64,000 nucleotides of DNA from an uncultured delta proteobacterium (GTDB lineage: Bacteria; Myxococcota_A; UBA9160; SMWR01): NCBI GenBank assembly GCA_963832165.1, contig CAWHTE010000007.1:832001-896000 (forward strand). Reading direction: 5' to 3'. The notes below the pieces were generated by a model. It had not been told where the DNA came from. It was given only the letters and a program-made list of their open reading frames with translations, and made no database searches. Position numbers and translations under genes: made by a program. Positions 31,347 through 39,581 of this stretch are shown piece after piece. The stretch's first letter is position 1. Each line of letters starts with the position of its first letter.

Positions 31347-31445
31347 ACGCAGCTTCACCGACCGCAAGGAGGGCGACTGGGTCGCCCGACGCGCAGCGAG
31401 CCGAAGGCGAGCGAAGCTAGAGCTAGAGCTGGAGCTAGACGCAGC
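31343..31445. repeat. Small structured element flanked by 11-bp direct repeats
   Basis: CTAGACGCAGC at 31343-31353 and 31435-31445; internal GGGCGAC/GTCGCCC hairpin; 25-mer at 31390-31414 identical to 36599-36623; GAGCTA-like tandem hexamers. Confidence 0.55.
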
Positions 31446-31459
31446 GGCGTTCGCGCGGC

Positions 31460-32170
31460 ATGATGATGTCGCCGCTCCCGTGCGGCCCTCACGCTGCCCG
31501 CCCCCTGGATCCGGAGTTCGCTGTGCCGACATCCGATCCCGCTCTCCGGCCGGACCGACGGTCCGACGAGCGAAGCTCGTTCACCCTCTACGTGGAGGGT
31601 CCGCGCGACCGCAGCATCCTGTGCGCGTGGGCCAAGCGGCTGTTGCCTCGAGGTGCACGCGACCTGCTCGACGGCTCGGTGATCCTGGGCGGGCGCCGGC
31701 CCGCACGCGCGGTCGAGCATTTCCGCGCGAGGGCCGCGGGCTCGCATGGGCTGTGCGTGCTCGATCGCGACGAGGACGCCGCGTCGCAGCTCGACGCGGA
31801 GCAGGGACTCGAGTTTTTCACCTGGAGTCGCCGCCACATCGAGAGCTATCTGCTCGTGCCGGGCGCGATCCGGCGCGCGCTGTCGCTGCCCGCGAGCGAC
31901 CACCGGCTCGAGGCGGCGCTCGAGCGCGAGCTTCCGCAGAGCGAGGACGCCTCGGGCTGGCGCGCGCTCGACGCGAAGCGGCTGCTCGCCGAGACCGGAC
32001 CGCTCGCGCGTCTGCTCGGCCGTCCGCTTCCGCTCGCGCGCATCGCGCGCGCCACGCGCGAAGACGAGTTGCACGCGGACGTGCACGAGATGTTCGACCG
32101 GCTCCGCAGCGGACTTGCGCGTGTCGCCCCCCCGCGCACTTGGCGATCGAGCGCGGGCGCCTTAATCTGA
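31460..32170 (+). CDS. Stand-alone TOPRIM-domain protein (OLD-nuclease/DUF4435-like)
   Basis: LYVEGPRD (TOPRIM Glu), VLDRD (DxD), RRHIESYLL; start could be GTG 31523. Confidence 0.65.
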   Translation: MMMSPLPCGPHAARPLDPEFAVPTSDPALRPDRRSDERSSFTLYVEGPRDRSILCAWAKRLLPRGARDLLDGSVILGGRRPARAVEHFRARAAGSHGLCVLDRDEDAASQLDAEQGLEFFTWSRRHIESYLLVPGAIRRALSLPASDHRLEAALERELPQSEDASGWRALDAKRLLAETGPLARLLGRPLPLARIARATREDELHADVHEMFDRLRSGLARVAPPRTWRSSAGALI

Positions 32171-32189
32171 ATCGATCACCGGGGGGACG

Positions 32190-32747
32190 ATGGATCTCGG
32201 TTTCCGCATGCACGCCGAGCGCACGCCGAATCCCAACAGCATCAAATGGGTGCTGGGGCGACCGGTGGTCGAGGGCTCCGTGAGCGCGCACTTCGAGGTG
32301 CCGCCGAGCCCCGAAATCTCGCCGCTCGCGGCGCGCCTGTTCGAGGTCGACGGCGTGGTGGGCGCGTTCCTCGCGTCGAACTTCGTCACGGTCACCAAGC
32401 GGCCCGAGGTCGAGTGGACCGACATCGCCCAGTCGATCGTGGACGCGATCAAGGGCTGCCTGGCCGAGGGCGGCCCCGCGCTGGGTCCCGGCTATCAGGA
32501 GCCGGCCCAGGCGGAACAGAGTGAAGTTGTGGCCCGGATCGTCCGAATCTTGGAGGAGGAGATCCGGCCCGCCGTCGCGATGGACGGCGGGGACATCGTG
32601 TTCGCGGGCTTCCGCGATGGCATTGTGGAGCTGTACATGCACGGCTCGTGCGCCGGCTGTCCCAGCTCCACCGCCACGTTGAAGCACGGAATCGAGACTC
32701 GTCTCCGCGAGGAGATCCCGGAGATCCAGGGAGTGGTGGCCCTGTAG
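32190..32747 (+). CDS. Nfu-type Fe-S cluster carrier (Nfu_N + NifU_C)
   Basis: TPNPNSIK, SPLA..LF, FVTVTK, IRPAVAMDGGD, GSCAGCPSS..TLK.GIE. Confidence 0.9.
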   Translation: MDLGFRMHAERTPNPNSIKWVLGRPVVEGSVSAHFEVPPSPEISPLAARLFEVDGVVGAFLASNFVTVTKRPEVEWTDIAQSIVDAIKGCLAEGGPALGPGYQEPAQAEQSEVVARIVRILEEEIRPAVAMDGGDIVFAGFRDGIVELYMHGSCAGCPSSTATLKHGIETRLREEIPEIQGVVAL

Positions 32748-32810
32748 CAGGCGCGCGCCGCTCCCCCCGAAGCGGCGCGCCAACGAAGCAACGAGGAAGC
32801 AGCGATCCAC

Positions 32811-34352
32811 ATGTTCGGGGGACTCACCCGTCGCCGGCCCGAGGCCGGCTCGGCCAACGCCGAATCTGCACCCGGCTCCGATTGGACGGCGGACGAGCCG
32901 CGCTGGAAGCGCGAGCAGCGCAGCCGCCGCCGCCGCCTGAGCCAGCGCGGGCAGGCCACGCTCGCGAGCCTGACGTTCGCGTCGGTGGTCGTGCTGGGCT
33001 GGGTCGTCGATCCGTTCTCGCCGCTGCGCACGGCCTCGAGGGCGCAGGCCGCCCTCGCCCCGGTCTCCGCGGGAGCCCCGCCCGTGGGTGATGGCGCGTC
33101 CGAAACCCGGATCGTGGTCGCGCCGGTCGACGCGCGGCTCGCCGTGCCCTCGTTCGTGATGGAGCGCCTGCCGATGACGCGCGCTGCGCTCGAGTTGCCG
33201 GTCACGGGCGAAGCCGCCGACGCGCCGTCTGCGGGCACGCCGGGGCGGCTGTTCGAGCGCGTGCCGACGCCGAATGCCGAGGACCGCTCGTTCACGCTCG
33301 AGTACACGCTCGACGCCGAGCTCACGCAGAAGGTGTTCGACGTGCTCGAGACCGGGCGCGTTGGCCTCGGGAACGTAATCGTGATGGACCCGAACACGGG
33401 CCGCGTGCTCGCCTACGCGTCGACCGATCCCGAGCGCTTCCCGCCCACGCGCAGCTATCCCGCGGCCTCGCTCGTGAAGGTGATCACGGCGGCCACGGCG
33501 CTCGACCTCGCGCCCGACGCCGCGCGGATGCCCTGCCGCTTCAGCGGCAGCCCCTACCGGCTCACCGCGGCGCGCATCGATCCGCCGCGGCGCGGCAGCG
33601 TGGTGACGCTGGAGCGCGCGCTCGCCACCTCGAACAACCAGTGCTTCGCGCAGCTCGCGGTGCACGCGATCGGCGTGGCTCCGCTGATCGAGGCGATCGG
33701 GCGCTTCGGTTGGCTCTCGGTTCCCGCGCCCGCGCATGCCTCGGGCGAGGCCGATCCGGGCCAGGGCCGCTTCGGCACGGGGCGGCTCGGCTGCGGGCTC
33801 GCGGGCTGCCGGATCACGCCGCTGCACGCGGCGCAGCTCGCGGCTTCGCTCGCGCACGGCGAGCTGGTCGCGCCGCGATGGATCGAGCGCGTCTGGGACC
33901 CGGACGGGCGCGAGCTCGCGCTGCCGCAGGCCGCCCCCGGCCGCGAGGTGCTGTCGCCCGCGCTCACCGAGCAGCTGCGCGAAATGCTCGTCGAGACGAC
34001 GAAGAGCGGCACCGCGCGCCGCGCGTTCCGCAAGCGCAATGGGCAACCGCTGCTGGGCAGCGTGACCGTGGCGGGCAAGACCGGAAGCCTCTCGGGCAAG
34101 AACCCGGACGGCCGCTACGAGTGGTTCATCGGGGTCGCCCCCGCGGACGAGCCGCGTGTGGCGATCGCGACCGTGGTGGTCCAGCGCCAGCGGTTCTGGC
34201 GCACCGCATCACAGGTCGCCGCGGGCGTGCTCGAGGGCGTGTTCTGCGAGCGGGGCCGCTGCGATGCTGCGCGAGTCAGCCGCTTCGTGGAGCCGCCGGC
34301 CCCGACGCCGCTGCGGGCGGAGACGGTCGCCCAGGTGCGTCCGGCCCGCTGA
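32811..34352 (+). CDS. Penicillin-binding transpeptidase-domain protein
   Basis: One TM helix; SxxK (ASLVK), SxN (SNN), KTG motifs. Confidence 0.85.
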   Translation: MFGGLTRRRPEAGSANAESAPGSDWTADEPRWKREQRSRRRRLSQRGQATLASLTFASVVVLGWVVDPFSPLRTASRAQAALAPVSAGAPPVGDGASETRIVVAPVDARLAVPSFVMERLPMTRAALELPVTGEAADAPSAGTPGRLFERVPTPNAEDRSFTLEYTLDAELTQKVFDVLETGRVGLGNVIVMDPNTGRVLAYASTDPERFPPTRSYPAASLVKVITAATALDLAPDAARMPCRFSGSPYRLTAARIDPPRRGSVVTLERALATSNNQCFAQLAVHAIGVAPLIEAIGRFGWLSVPAPAHASGEADPGQGRFGTGRLGCGLAGCRITPLHAAQLAASLAHGELVAPRWIERVWDPDGRELALPQAAPGREVLSPALTEQLREMLVETTKSGTARRAFRKRNGQPLLGSVTVAGKTGSLSGKNPDGRYEWFIGVAPADEPRVAIATVVVQRQRFWRTASQVAAGVLEGVFCERGRCDAARVSRFVEPPAPTPLRAETVAQVRPAR

Positions 34353-34447
34353 AAGCCCGGCCCGAAGAAATTTTGATTTCTTCGTGACACCTCGGGTCGG
34401 GTCGCGGCCACATCCCAGGTGACAGCACAAATATCCCCTTCCCAGGG

Positions 34448-34480
34448 AGGCCCGGAGCCGGAAACGGTTTCGGGCCTTTC
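34448..34480. terminator. GC-rich hairpin with GAAA loop, probable intrinsic terminator
   Basis: AGGCCCGGAGCCG-GAAA-CGGTTTCGGGCCT followed by a short pyrimidine tract, between convergent genes. Confidence 0.65.
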
Positions 34481-34495
34481 CCGTTCTGGGGAGCG

Positions 34496-34597
34496 CTACG
34501 ACTCCCGCGCGGCGCCCTTCTTGCGATCGGCGCGGCGCTTGCGGCGCAGTTTGTGCTGATGCTGCTTGCGCTTCTGCTTGCTCTTGCTGCGAGCCAT
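34496..34597 (-). CDS. 33-aa highly basic microprotein (not in ORF track)
   Basis: MARSKSKQKRKQHQHKLRRKRRADRKKGAARES*; GGAGG SD 5 nt upstream; host-like codons (AAG, CGC, CAG); hairpin downstream. Confidence 0.7.
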   Translation of the reverse strand: MARSKSKQKRKQHQHKLRRKRRADRKKGAARES

Positions 34598-34645
34598 GGG
34601 GTCCTCCGCGGGGTCGCGGAAGCTAGGGAAGGGCCCCGGCTCGCG

Positions 34646-35758
34646 CTACTTCTTCGGCGCCACGTCGGTGAGCAGGATCTCTCCGAGCACCGTGCCCATC
34701 GCCTCGACCTCGCCCTCCTGGAGCGACTCGACCGTGGGCAGGTTCGCCACGAGCCGCTCGAGGCGAGCCTGTGATTTGGCGTCGAGCGGATCGAACGAGA
34801 TCACGATGCCGCGCTCGCCGTCGCTGCGCTCGACGCGTCCCGAGACGAGCATCGGCTCGTCGCCCGCCTCGGCGTAGATCGCAAGCTGCAGATGATCGCC
34901 GAGCCAGAGCTCGGACTGCGGCTCGACGCGCATGCCGCCCACCGACAGGTCGCGTCCCACCAACACGCGCAGCGCGCGTTCGCCGAACGCGGGAACCGTC
35001 TGCGAGTACGCGACGCGCGTCTGCTGGCGCCGCTCGCCGGGTGCGGGAGTGTCCGTGCGCAGCGTCGCGGGACCCTGTGCGCGGTCTTCGATGATCAGCG
35101 CGAGGGATTCCTTGGCCTCCTCGTCGAGCCGCTCGAACGAGAGGCCCATGCGGAAGCACTCGACGCCCCCGCTCTCGGTGCCTTCGACGTGGATCACGCG
35201 CGCGGGGAGCACGAGCATCTCGCTCGGCTCGCCCGCGTCGATCACTTCGGGAACCAGCACCTCGATGCGCTTGCCGCGCTCGACGCGGTGGCGCGACATC
35301 AGCCGGCAGCCGCGGCTCGAGAGATCGACGAGCGTCGCGACGCGCGTGGCGAGGCCGATCGTGTACGACACTTCGATGCCCACGGCGACGCGCGGCTCGC
35401 GCCGGCGCTCCTCGCCCTTGTAGCAGCAGTGGAGCAGCATCAGGCGCAGTGCTTCGGGGTGCACGGGGCGCCGCACCAGGAAATCGAAGCCGTTGCGCCG
35501 CAGCTGGGAGCGCAGCGCGTTCGAGTCTTCGTTCACGACCATCACGCAGACCGGCGATTCCTCGCTCTCCGCGAGCCGCTCGAGCGCCGCATCGATCCGG
35601 CGCGGCGTGGCGATCAGGAGATCGCGCGGCGCGTCGATCTTCGACAGGTCCGCTCCGCCGCGGATCCGCGCGAACGGGATCGCCATCTCCTGCAGCATCT
35701 GCTGGACGTCGTCGAGCTCGCCGTCATCGAACAGCAGCACCGCCGTGGACACACCCAT
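34646..35758 (-). CDS. Degenerate receiver-like domain + two PilZ domains
   Basis: RRREPR...DLSSRG and RRQQTR...DLSVGG (RxxxR / DxSxxG c-di-GMP-binding motifs). Confidence 0.85.
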   Translation of the reverse strand: MGVSTAVLLFDDGELDDVQQMLQEMAIPFARIRGGADLSKIDAPRDLLIATPRRIDAALERLAESEESPVCVMVVNEDSNALRSQLRRNGFDFLVRRPVHPEALRLMLLHCCYKGEERRREPRVAVGIEVSYTIGLATRVATLVDLSSRGCRLMSRHRVERGKRIEVLVPEVIDAGEPSEMLVLPARVIHVEGTESGGVECFRMGLSFERLDEEAKESLALIIEDRAQGPATLRTDTPAPGERRQQTRVAYSQTVPAFGERALRVLVGRDLSVGGMRVEPQSELWLGDHLQLAIYAEAGDEPMLVSGRVERSDGERGIVISFDPLDAKSQARLERLVANLPTVESLQEGEVEAMGTVLGEILLTDVAPKK

Positions 35759-35784
35759 GACTACCCTCGCGCACCGGATTCTCT

Positions 35785-36642
35785 CTATGCGTCGGTTGGG
35801 TTGCGGTCCGGCTGAAGCGGACCCTCGGCGAGCGGAGGCGCGCGCTCCCCTCGGGGCCGCGAGCGCAACGCCCATGCGATCCCGAACACGGCCAGCGCGA
35901 GCCCCACAACCAGGCCGGGCACGCCCGGCAGCCCCACGCTCGCGATGCCCGCGGATCCCAGCAGCGCGGCGAAGTTGTTCGCAGCGTGTCCCGCAATCGC
36001 GGGACGCGTGCTGTCCGACCAGTAGGCGGCGAATCCGAGGTACGCGCCCAGGCACGCGGCGATCGCGCCGTGCTCGAGCTCCTGGTGCAGCCATCCGAAC
36101 GCGAGCGAGGTGATCGCGATGGCCGCGACGGGGCGGATCCAGCGCACGAGGGCGCGTTGCAGGAGGCCCCGGCACAGGAGCTCCTCGCCGATCGCGGGCC
36201 CGATCACGGTTCCGAAGAACGCGATGGCGAGATCCCGCTCGCGCGCGGAGTCGAGCCCGCGCGAGATGCCCACGACCACGCTGCCCTCGAGCGCGCGCGT
36301 GAACGAGAGCGCGGCATCGAGCGCCATCGAGAGCCCGAGCGTGCCGATCACGAGTGCGATCACGGCGCTCGTGGGCACGCGGCTCGCGCCCAGTCCGAGC
36401 CGGCGCGTGGTCGGGCCCGGCAACGCGAACGCGATCGCGATCGCGAGTGCCGTGAGCCCGATCTCGATGCCCATCATCTCGAAGCCGAGGCGCGCGGGGT
36501 TCGTGCGCACGGTCGCCACGAGACCGCGCACGGTTTCCGACAGCCACCACCCAGCGCAGAGGATCACCGCGGCGATCGCGATGCGCGCAGGCGTTTCTCG
36601 CGCAGCGAGCCGAAGGCGAGCGATCAGGTGGGTCACGTGCAC
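35785..36642 (-). CDS. CPBP (Abi/CAAX) family intramembrane glutamic endopeptidase
   Basis: EELLCRG, FGWLH, HAANN motifs; multiple TM helices; start uncertain. Confidence 0.85.
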   Translation of the reverse strand: MHVTHLIARLRLAARETPARIAIAAVILCAGWWLSETVRGLVATVRTNPARLGFEMMGIEIGLTALAIAIAFALPGPTTRRLGLGASRVPTSAVIALVIGTLGLSMALDAALSFTRALEGSVVVGISRGLDSARERDLAIAFFGTVIGPAIGEELLCRGLLQRALVRWIRPVAAIAITSLAFGWLHQELEHGAIAACLGAYLGFAAYWSDSTRPAIAGHAANNFAALLGSAGIASVGLPGVPGLVVGLALAVFGIAWALRSRPRGERAPPLAEGPLQPDRNPTDA

Positions 36643-36671
36643 GACGGTAACGCCCGACCTACTGTCAGGAC

Positions 36672-37232
36672 ATGGCGAGCGCGTCGATCGCACCTTCGCT
36701 GCTCGTGGCGATGCCGCAGCTGCTCGACCCCAACTTCCACCGCTCGGTCGTACTGCTCGTGCATCACGACGTCGCCGGAAGCTTCGGCGTCGTGCTGAAC
36801 CGCACCACCGAGATTCGCGCCGAGCGGCTGTGCGAGAGCATCGACATCTCGTGGCACGGGGATCCCGATGCCGAGATCTGCTGGGGCGGCCCCGTGCAGC
36901 CGCAGACCGGCTGGGTGCTGTTCAGGGACGCACCCGAGGTGGCCCAGCTCGACGACGTGCGCGAGGTCACGCCAGGCCTGCACTTCGCGGGCTCGCTCGA
37001 GGTGTTGCGCCGCGTCGCGGAGCGTCCGCCCGGAGCGATGCGATTGTTGCTCGGTTATGCGGGCTGGGGCCCGGGTCAGCTCGAGAATGAGCTCGCGGAA
37101 GGCGCGTGGCTGCTCGCGCCCGCCGAGGGCCGCGTCGTGTTCGAGGTGGCCAGCGACGAGATGTGGACCCACGTCGTGCGCAGCCTCGGCGTCGAGCCGG
37201 CCACGCTCGTGGCGAGCCGCGGGGTCCATTGA
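36672..37232 (+). CDS. YqgE/AlgH family protein
   Basis: LLVAMPQL.DPNF.RSVV, GGPV, GYAGW.PGQLE.E. Confidence 0.9.
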   Translation: MASASIAPSLLVAMPQLLDPNFHRSVVLLVHHDVAGSFGVVLNRTTEIRAERLCESIDISWHGDPDAEICWGGPVQPQTGWVLFRDAPEVAQLDDVREVTPGLHFAGSLEVLRRVAERPPGAMRLLLGYAGWGPGQLENELAEGAWLLAPAEGRVVFEVASDEMWTHVVRSLGVEPATLVASRGVH

Positions 37233-37294
37233 CCCCAAGCTGTGGCGGCCGGCGGGCGCCTCAACTCGATCTGACGCCGCGCCGATGTACGGCC

Positions 37295-38578
37295 ATGGAC
37301 GAGCGCCCGCAGCACCGCTCCGCGTCCGCAACGTCGGCTCGCCCGAACCTCGGCGAGGATCTGCGGCGGGTCGCGGAGTGCTTCGAGGAGGAGGGTGCGC
37401 TCGGCGTCCTGCTCGTCGACGCCTCGGGGCTGTCGCCGATCGAGCCGCAGTACGGCGGCGATGCGCTGCAGCACGCGATGGGGAACCTCGCCGACATGAT
37501 CCAGGGCATGGTCGGAGACCGGCTCGCGGTCAACGACGCCGTGCTCGTGGGCGGGGTCGAGCGCGACGAGATCGTGGTGCTCCTGTTCCGCGGCATGGAC
37601 GAGGTCGACTTCTTCAAGCGCGATCTCGACGCCATCTGCCGCGACGTGAGCGCGGGCCTCGCTCAGCGCGGAAGCCGCGCGGGCTATCCGTACACGCGCG
37701 ATCTTCCGCCCTTCCACGTGGGCACCGGGATGGCACTGCGCAATCCGACGATCCGCGCGGAGCTGCAGATCCGGCGCGCGCTCGAAGAGGCGCGCGAGCA
37801 CATCCAGCTGAGCGCGCGACTCCTGTGGCGCAAGCGGCGCAAGCAGATCTTCGAGCTCGTGATGGAGCGCGAGATCTATTCCGTGTACGAGCCGATCGTG
37901 GAAGTCACCACGCGCACGGTGTACGGCTACGAGGCACTCGCGCGCGGGCCCGACGGCACCGAGCTGCACTCGCCCGCCAAGCTGTTCGCGTTCGCCGACG
38001 AGCAGGACCTCGTGTTCCAGCTCGACTGCCTGTGCCGCCAGAGCGGCCTCGACGGCGCGCGCGATCTGCCCGGCGGAGCGAAGCTCTTTCTGAACGTGCG
38101 GCCGTCGACGATCCACGATCCCAACTTCAGGGCCGAGGCGCTCGAGCGCACGCTCCAGCGCTGCAATCTCGCGCCGAGCGACGTGGTGTTCGAGATCTCC
38201 GAGCAGGAGTCGATCGCGAACTTCGACATCTTCCGCGAGGTGCGCGACTACTACGGAAAGCTCGGCTTCCAGATCGCGCTCGACGACGTCGGCGCGGGCT
38301 ATGCGAGCCTCGAGGCCGTGATGGAGATCCGGCCCGAGTTCATCAAGGTCGACCGCGCTTTCTGTGCCAAGATCGACGAGGACCCGGGCCGCCAGCACCT
38401 ACTGCGCGCGCTGCAGTCGCTCGCGGATCGGATCGGCGCGCGGATCATCGGCGAAGGGCTCGACACGCTCGAAGAGCTCGAGACGCTCGGCCGGATCGGG
38501 ATCCACTTCGGTCAGGGCTGGCTGTTCGGCAAGCCGCACCCGCTGCGGAGCGATCGGACGGACCGCACGCCGGAATAG
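37295..38578 (+). CDS. EAL c-di-GMP phosphodiesterase with degenerate GGDEF-like N-terminal domain
   Basis: YEALAR, FLNV, EISE, ALDDVGAGY, IKVDR, EG, QGW; N-domain has ERDEI in place of GGDEF. Confidence 0.9.
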   Translation: MDERPQHRSASATSARPNLGEDLRRVAECFEEEGALGVLLVDASGLSPIEPQYGGDALQHAMGNLADMIQGMVGDRLAVNDAVLVGGVERDEIVVLLFRGMDEVDFFKRDLDAICRDVSAGLAQRGSRAGYPYTRDLPPFHVGTGMALRNPTIRAELQIRRALEEAREHIQLSARLLWRKRRKQIFELVMEREIYSVYEPIVEVTTRTVYGYEALARGPDGTELHSPAKLFAFADEQDLVFQLDCLCRQSGLDGARDLPGGAKLFLNVRPSTIHDPNFRAEALERTLQRCNLAPSDVVFEISEQESIANFDIFREVRDYYGKLGFQIALDDVGAGYASLEAVMEIRPEFIKVDRAFCAKIDEDPGRQHLLRALQSLADRIGARIIGEGLDTLEELETLGRIGIHFGQGWLFGKPHPLRSDRTDRTPE

Positions 38579-38606
38579 CGAGCGCAGTCCCGTATACTGC
38601 GCGCCC

Positions 38607-39581
38607 ATGAAGAAGACGATCCGACGCGCGGCCGTGATCGCCGTGCTCGTGATTGCAGCGGCGCTCGTCTGGGCCTATCGCAAGGCGACCGATCTCGAGG
38701 TCGTGCAAATCACGGACGACGTCCACGTGATCTACGGGCTCGGCGGCAACGTCGCAGTCCTCTCGACCGACCGCGGTGCGGTGGTCGTCGACACGATGAC
38801 GTTTCGCGCCCAGGGCACGCGCATTCTCGAGGCCGCCGAGCGGCTCGCGGGCGGGCCGATGCAGGCGATCGTGAACACGCACTACCACATGGACCACACG
38901 CACGGGAACCCCGCGTTTCCGAGCGGCACGCAGATCCTCTCCACCGACAGAACGCTCGCGTACCTGAAGCAGGTCGACGCCGGATACTGGCAGGGTGCGG
39001 CCGCGGGCACGCTTCCGAACCAGACGTTCCGCAACGAGCACGAGCTCGCGGTGGGAGACAAGACGATCCGCCTGATCCACCCGGGCCGCGGCCACACCGA
39101 CGGCGACCTCGTGGCGCTCTTCGTCGAGGACAAGGTGCTCCACACGGGCGATCTGTTCACGAATCGCCGCTACCCGAACATCGATCTCGAGGCCGGCGGC
39201 TCGGTGCGCGAGTGGGTGGCGGCGATCGACCGCGTGCTCGAGCTCGACTTCGAGCACGTGGTTCCGGGCCACGGTCCCGTCACCGACCGCGAGGGCTTGC
39301 GGGCGTTCCAGACCTTCATGCGCGAGCTCGCCGACGTCGGCGAGCAGGCCGTGCGCAACGGCTGGACGCTCGAACAGACCGAACGCGAGGCGAAGCTCGA
39401 CGCCGACGCGGGCTACGAGGTCATGGCGATTCCGTTCGTGATGAAGCTCGACCGCGCGTTCGTGGTGCGCCGTGCGTGGGAAGAGGCGACCGGAAAGGTG
39501 GAGCGCATCGCATTGCCAGTAGGGCGGGAGGAGCCGAAGGCGGATCCCGCCATGACCATTCAGGAGAGGCCCCGCAATTGA
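38607..39581 (+). CDS. Exported MBL-fold metallo-hydrolase
   Basis: N-terminal signal/TM; THYHMDH, GHTDGD, TGDL, PGHG. Confidence 0.85.
   Translation: MKKTIRRAAVIAVLVIAAALVWAYRKATDLEVVQITDDVHVIYGLGGNVAVLSTDRGAVVVDTMTFRAQGTRILEAAERLAGGPMQAIVNTHYHMDHTHGNPAFPSGTQILSTDRTLAYLKQVDAGYWQGAAAGTLPNQTFRNEHELAVGDKTIRLIHPGRGHTDGDLVALFVEDKVLHTGDLFTNRRYPNIDLEAGGSVREWVAAIDRVLELDFEHVVPGHGPVTDREGLRAFQTFMRELADVGEQAVRNGWTLEQTEREAKLDADAGYEVMAIPFVMKLDRAFVVRRAWEEATGKVERIALPVGREEPKADPAMTIQERPRN
39519..39553 (+). repeat. Single REP palindrome inside 3' end of MBL gene
   Basis: GTAGGGCGGGAGGAGCCGAAGGCGGATCCCGCCAT, matching the inverted copy at 59642-59610. Confidence 0.8.

Noticed and set aside
34420..34492. SRP RNA (ffs) or tRNA
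   Set aside because: Lacks the SRP CAGG...GNRA...AGCA internal-loop motif and any cloverleaf or T-loop; retained only as a candidate sRNA/terminator
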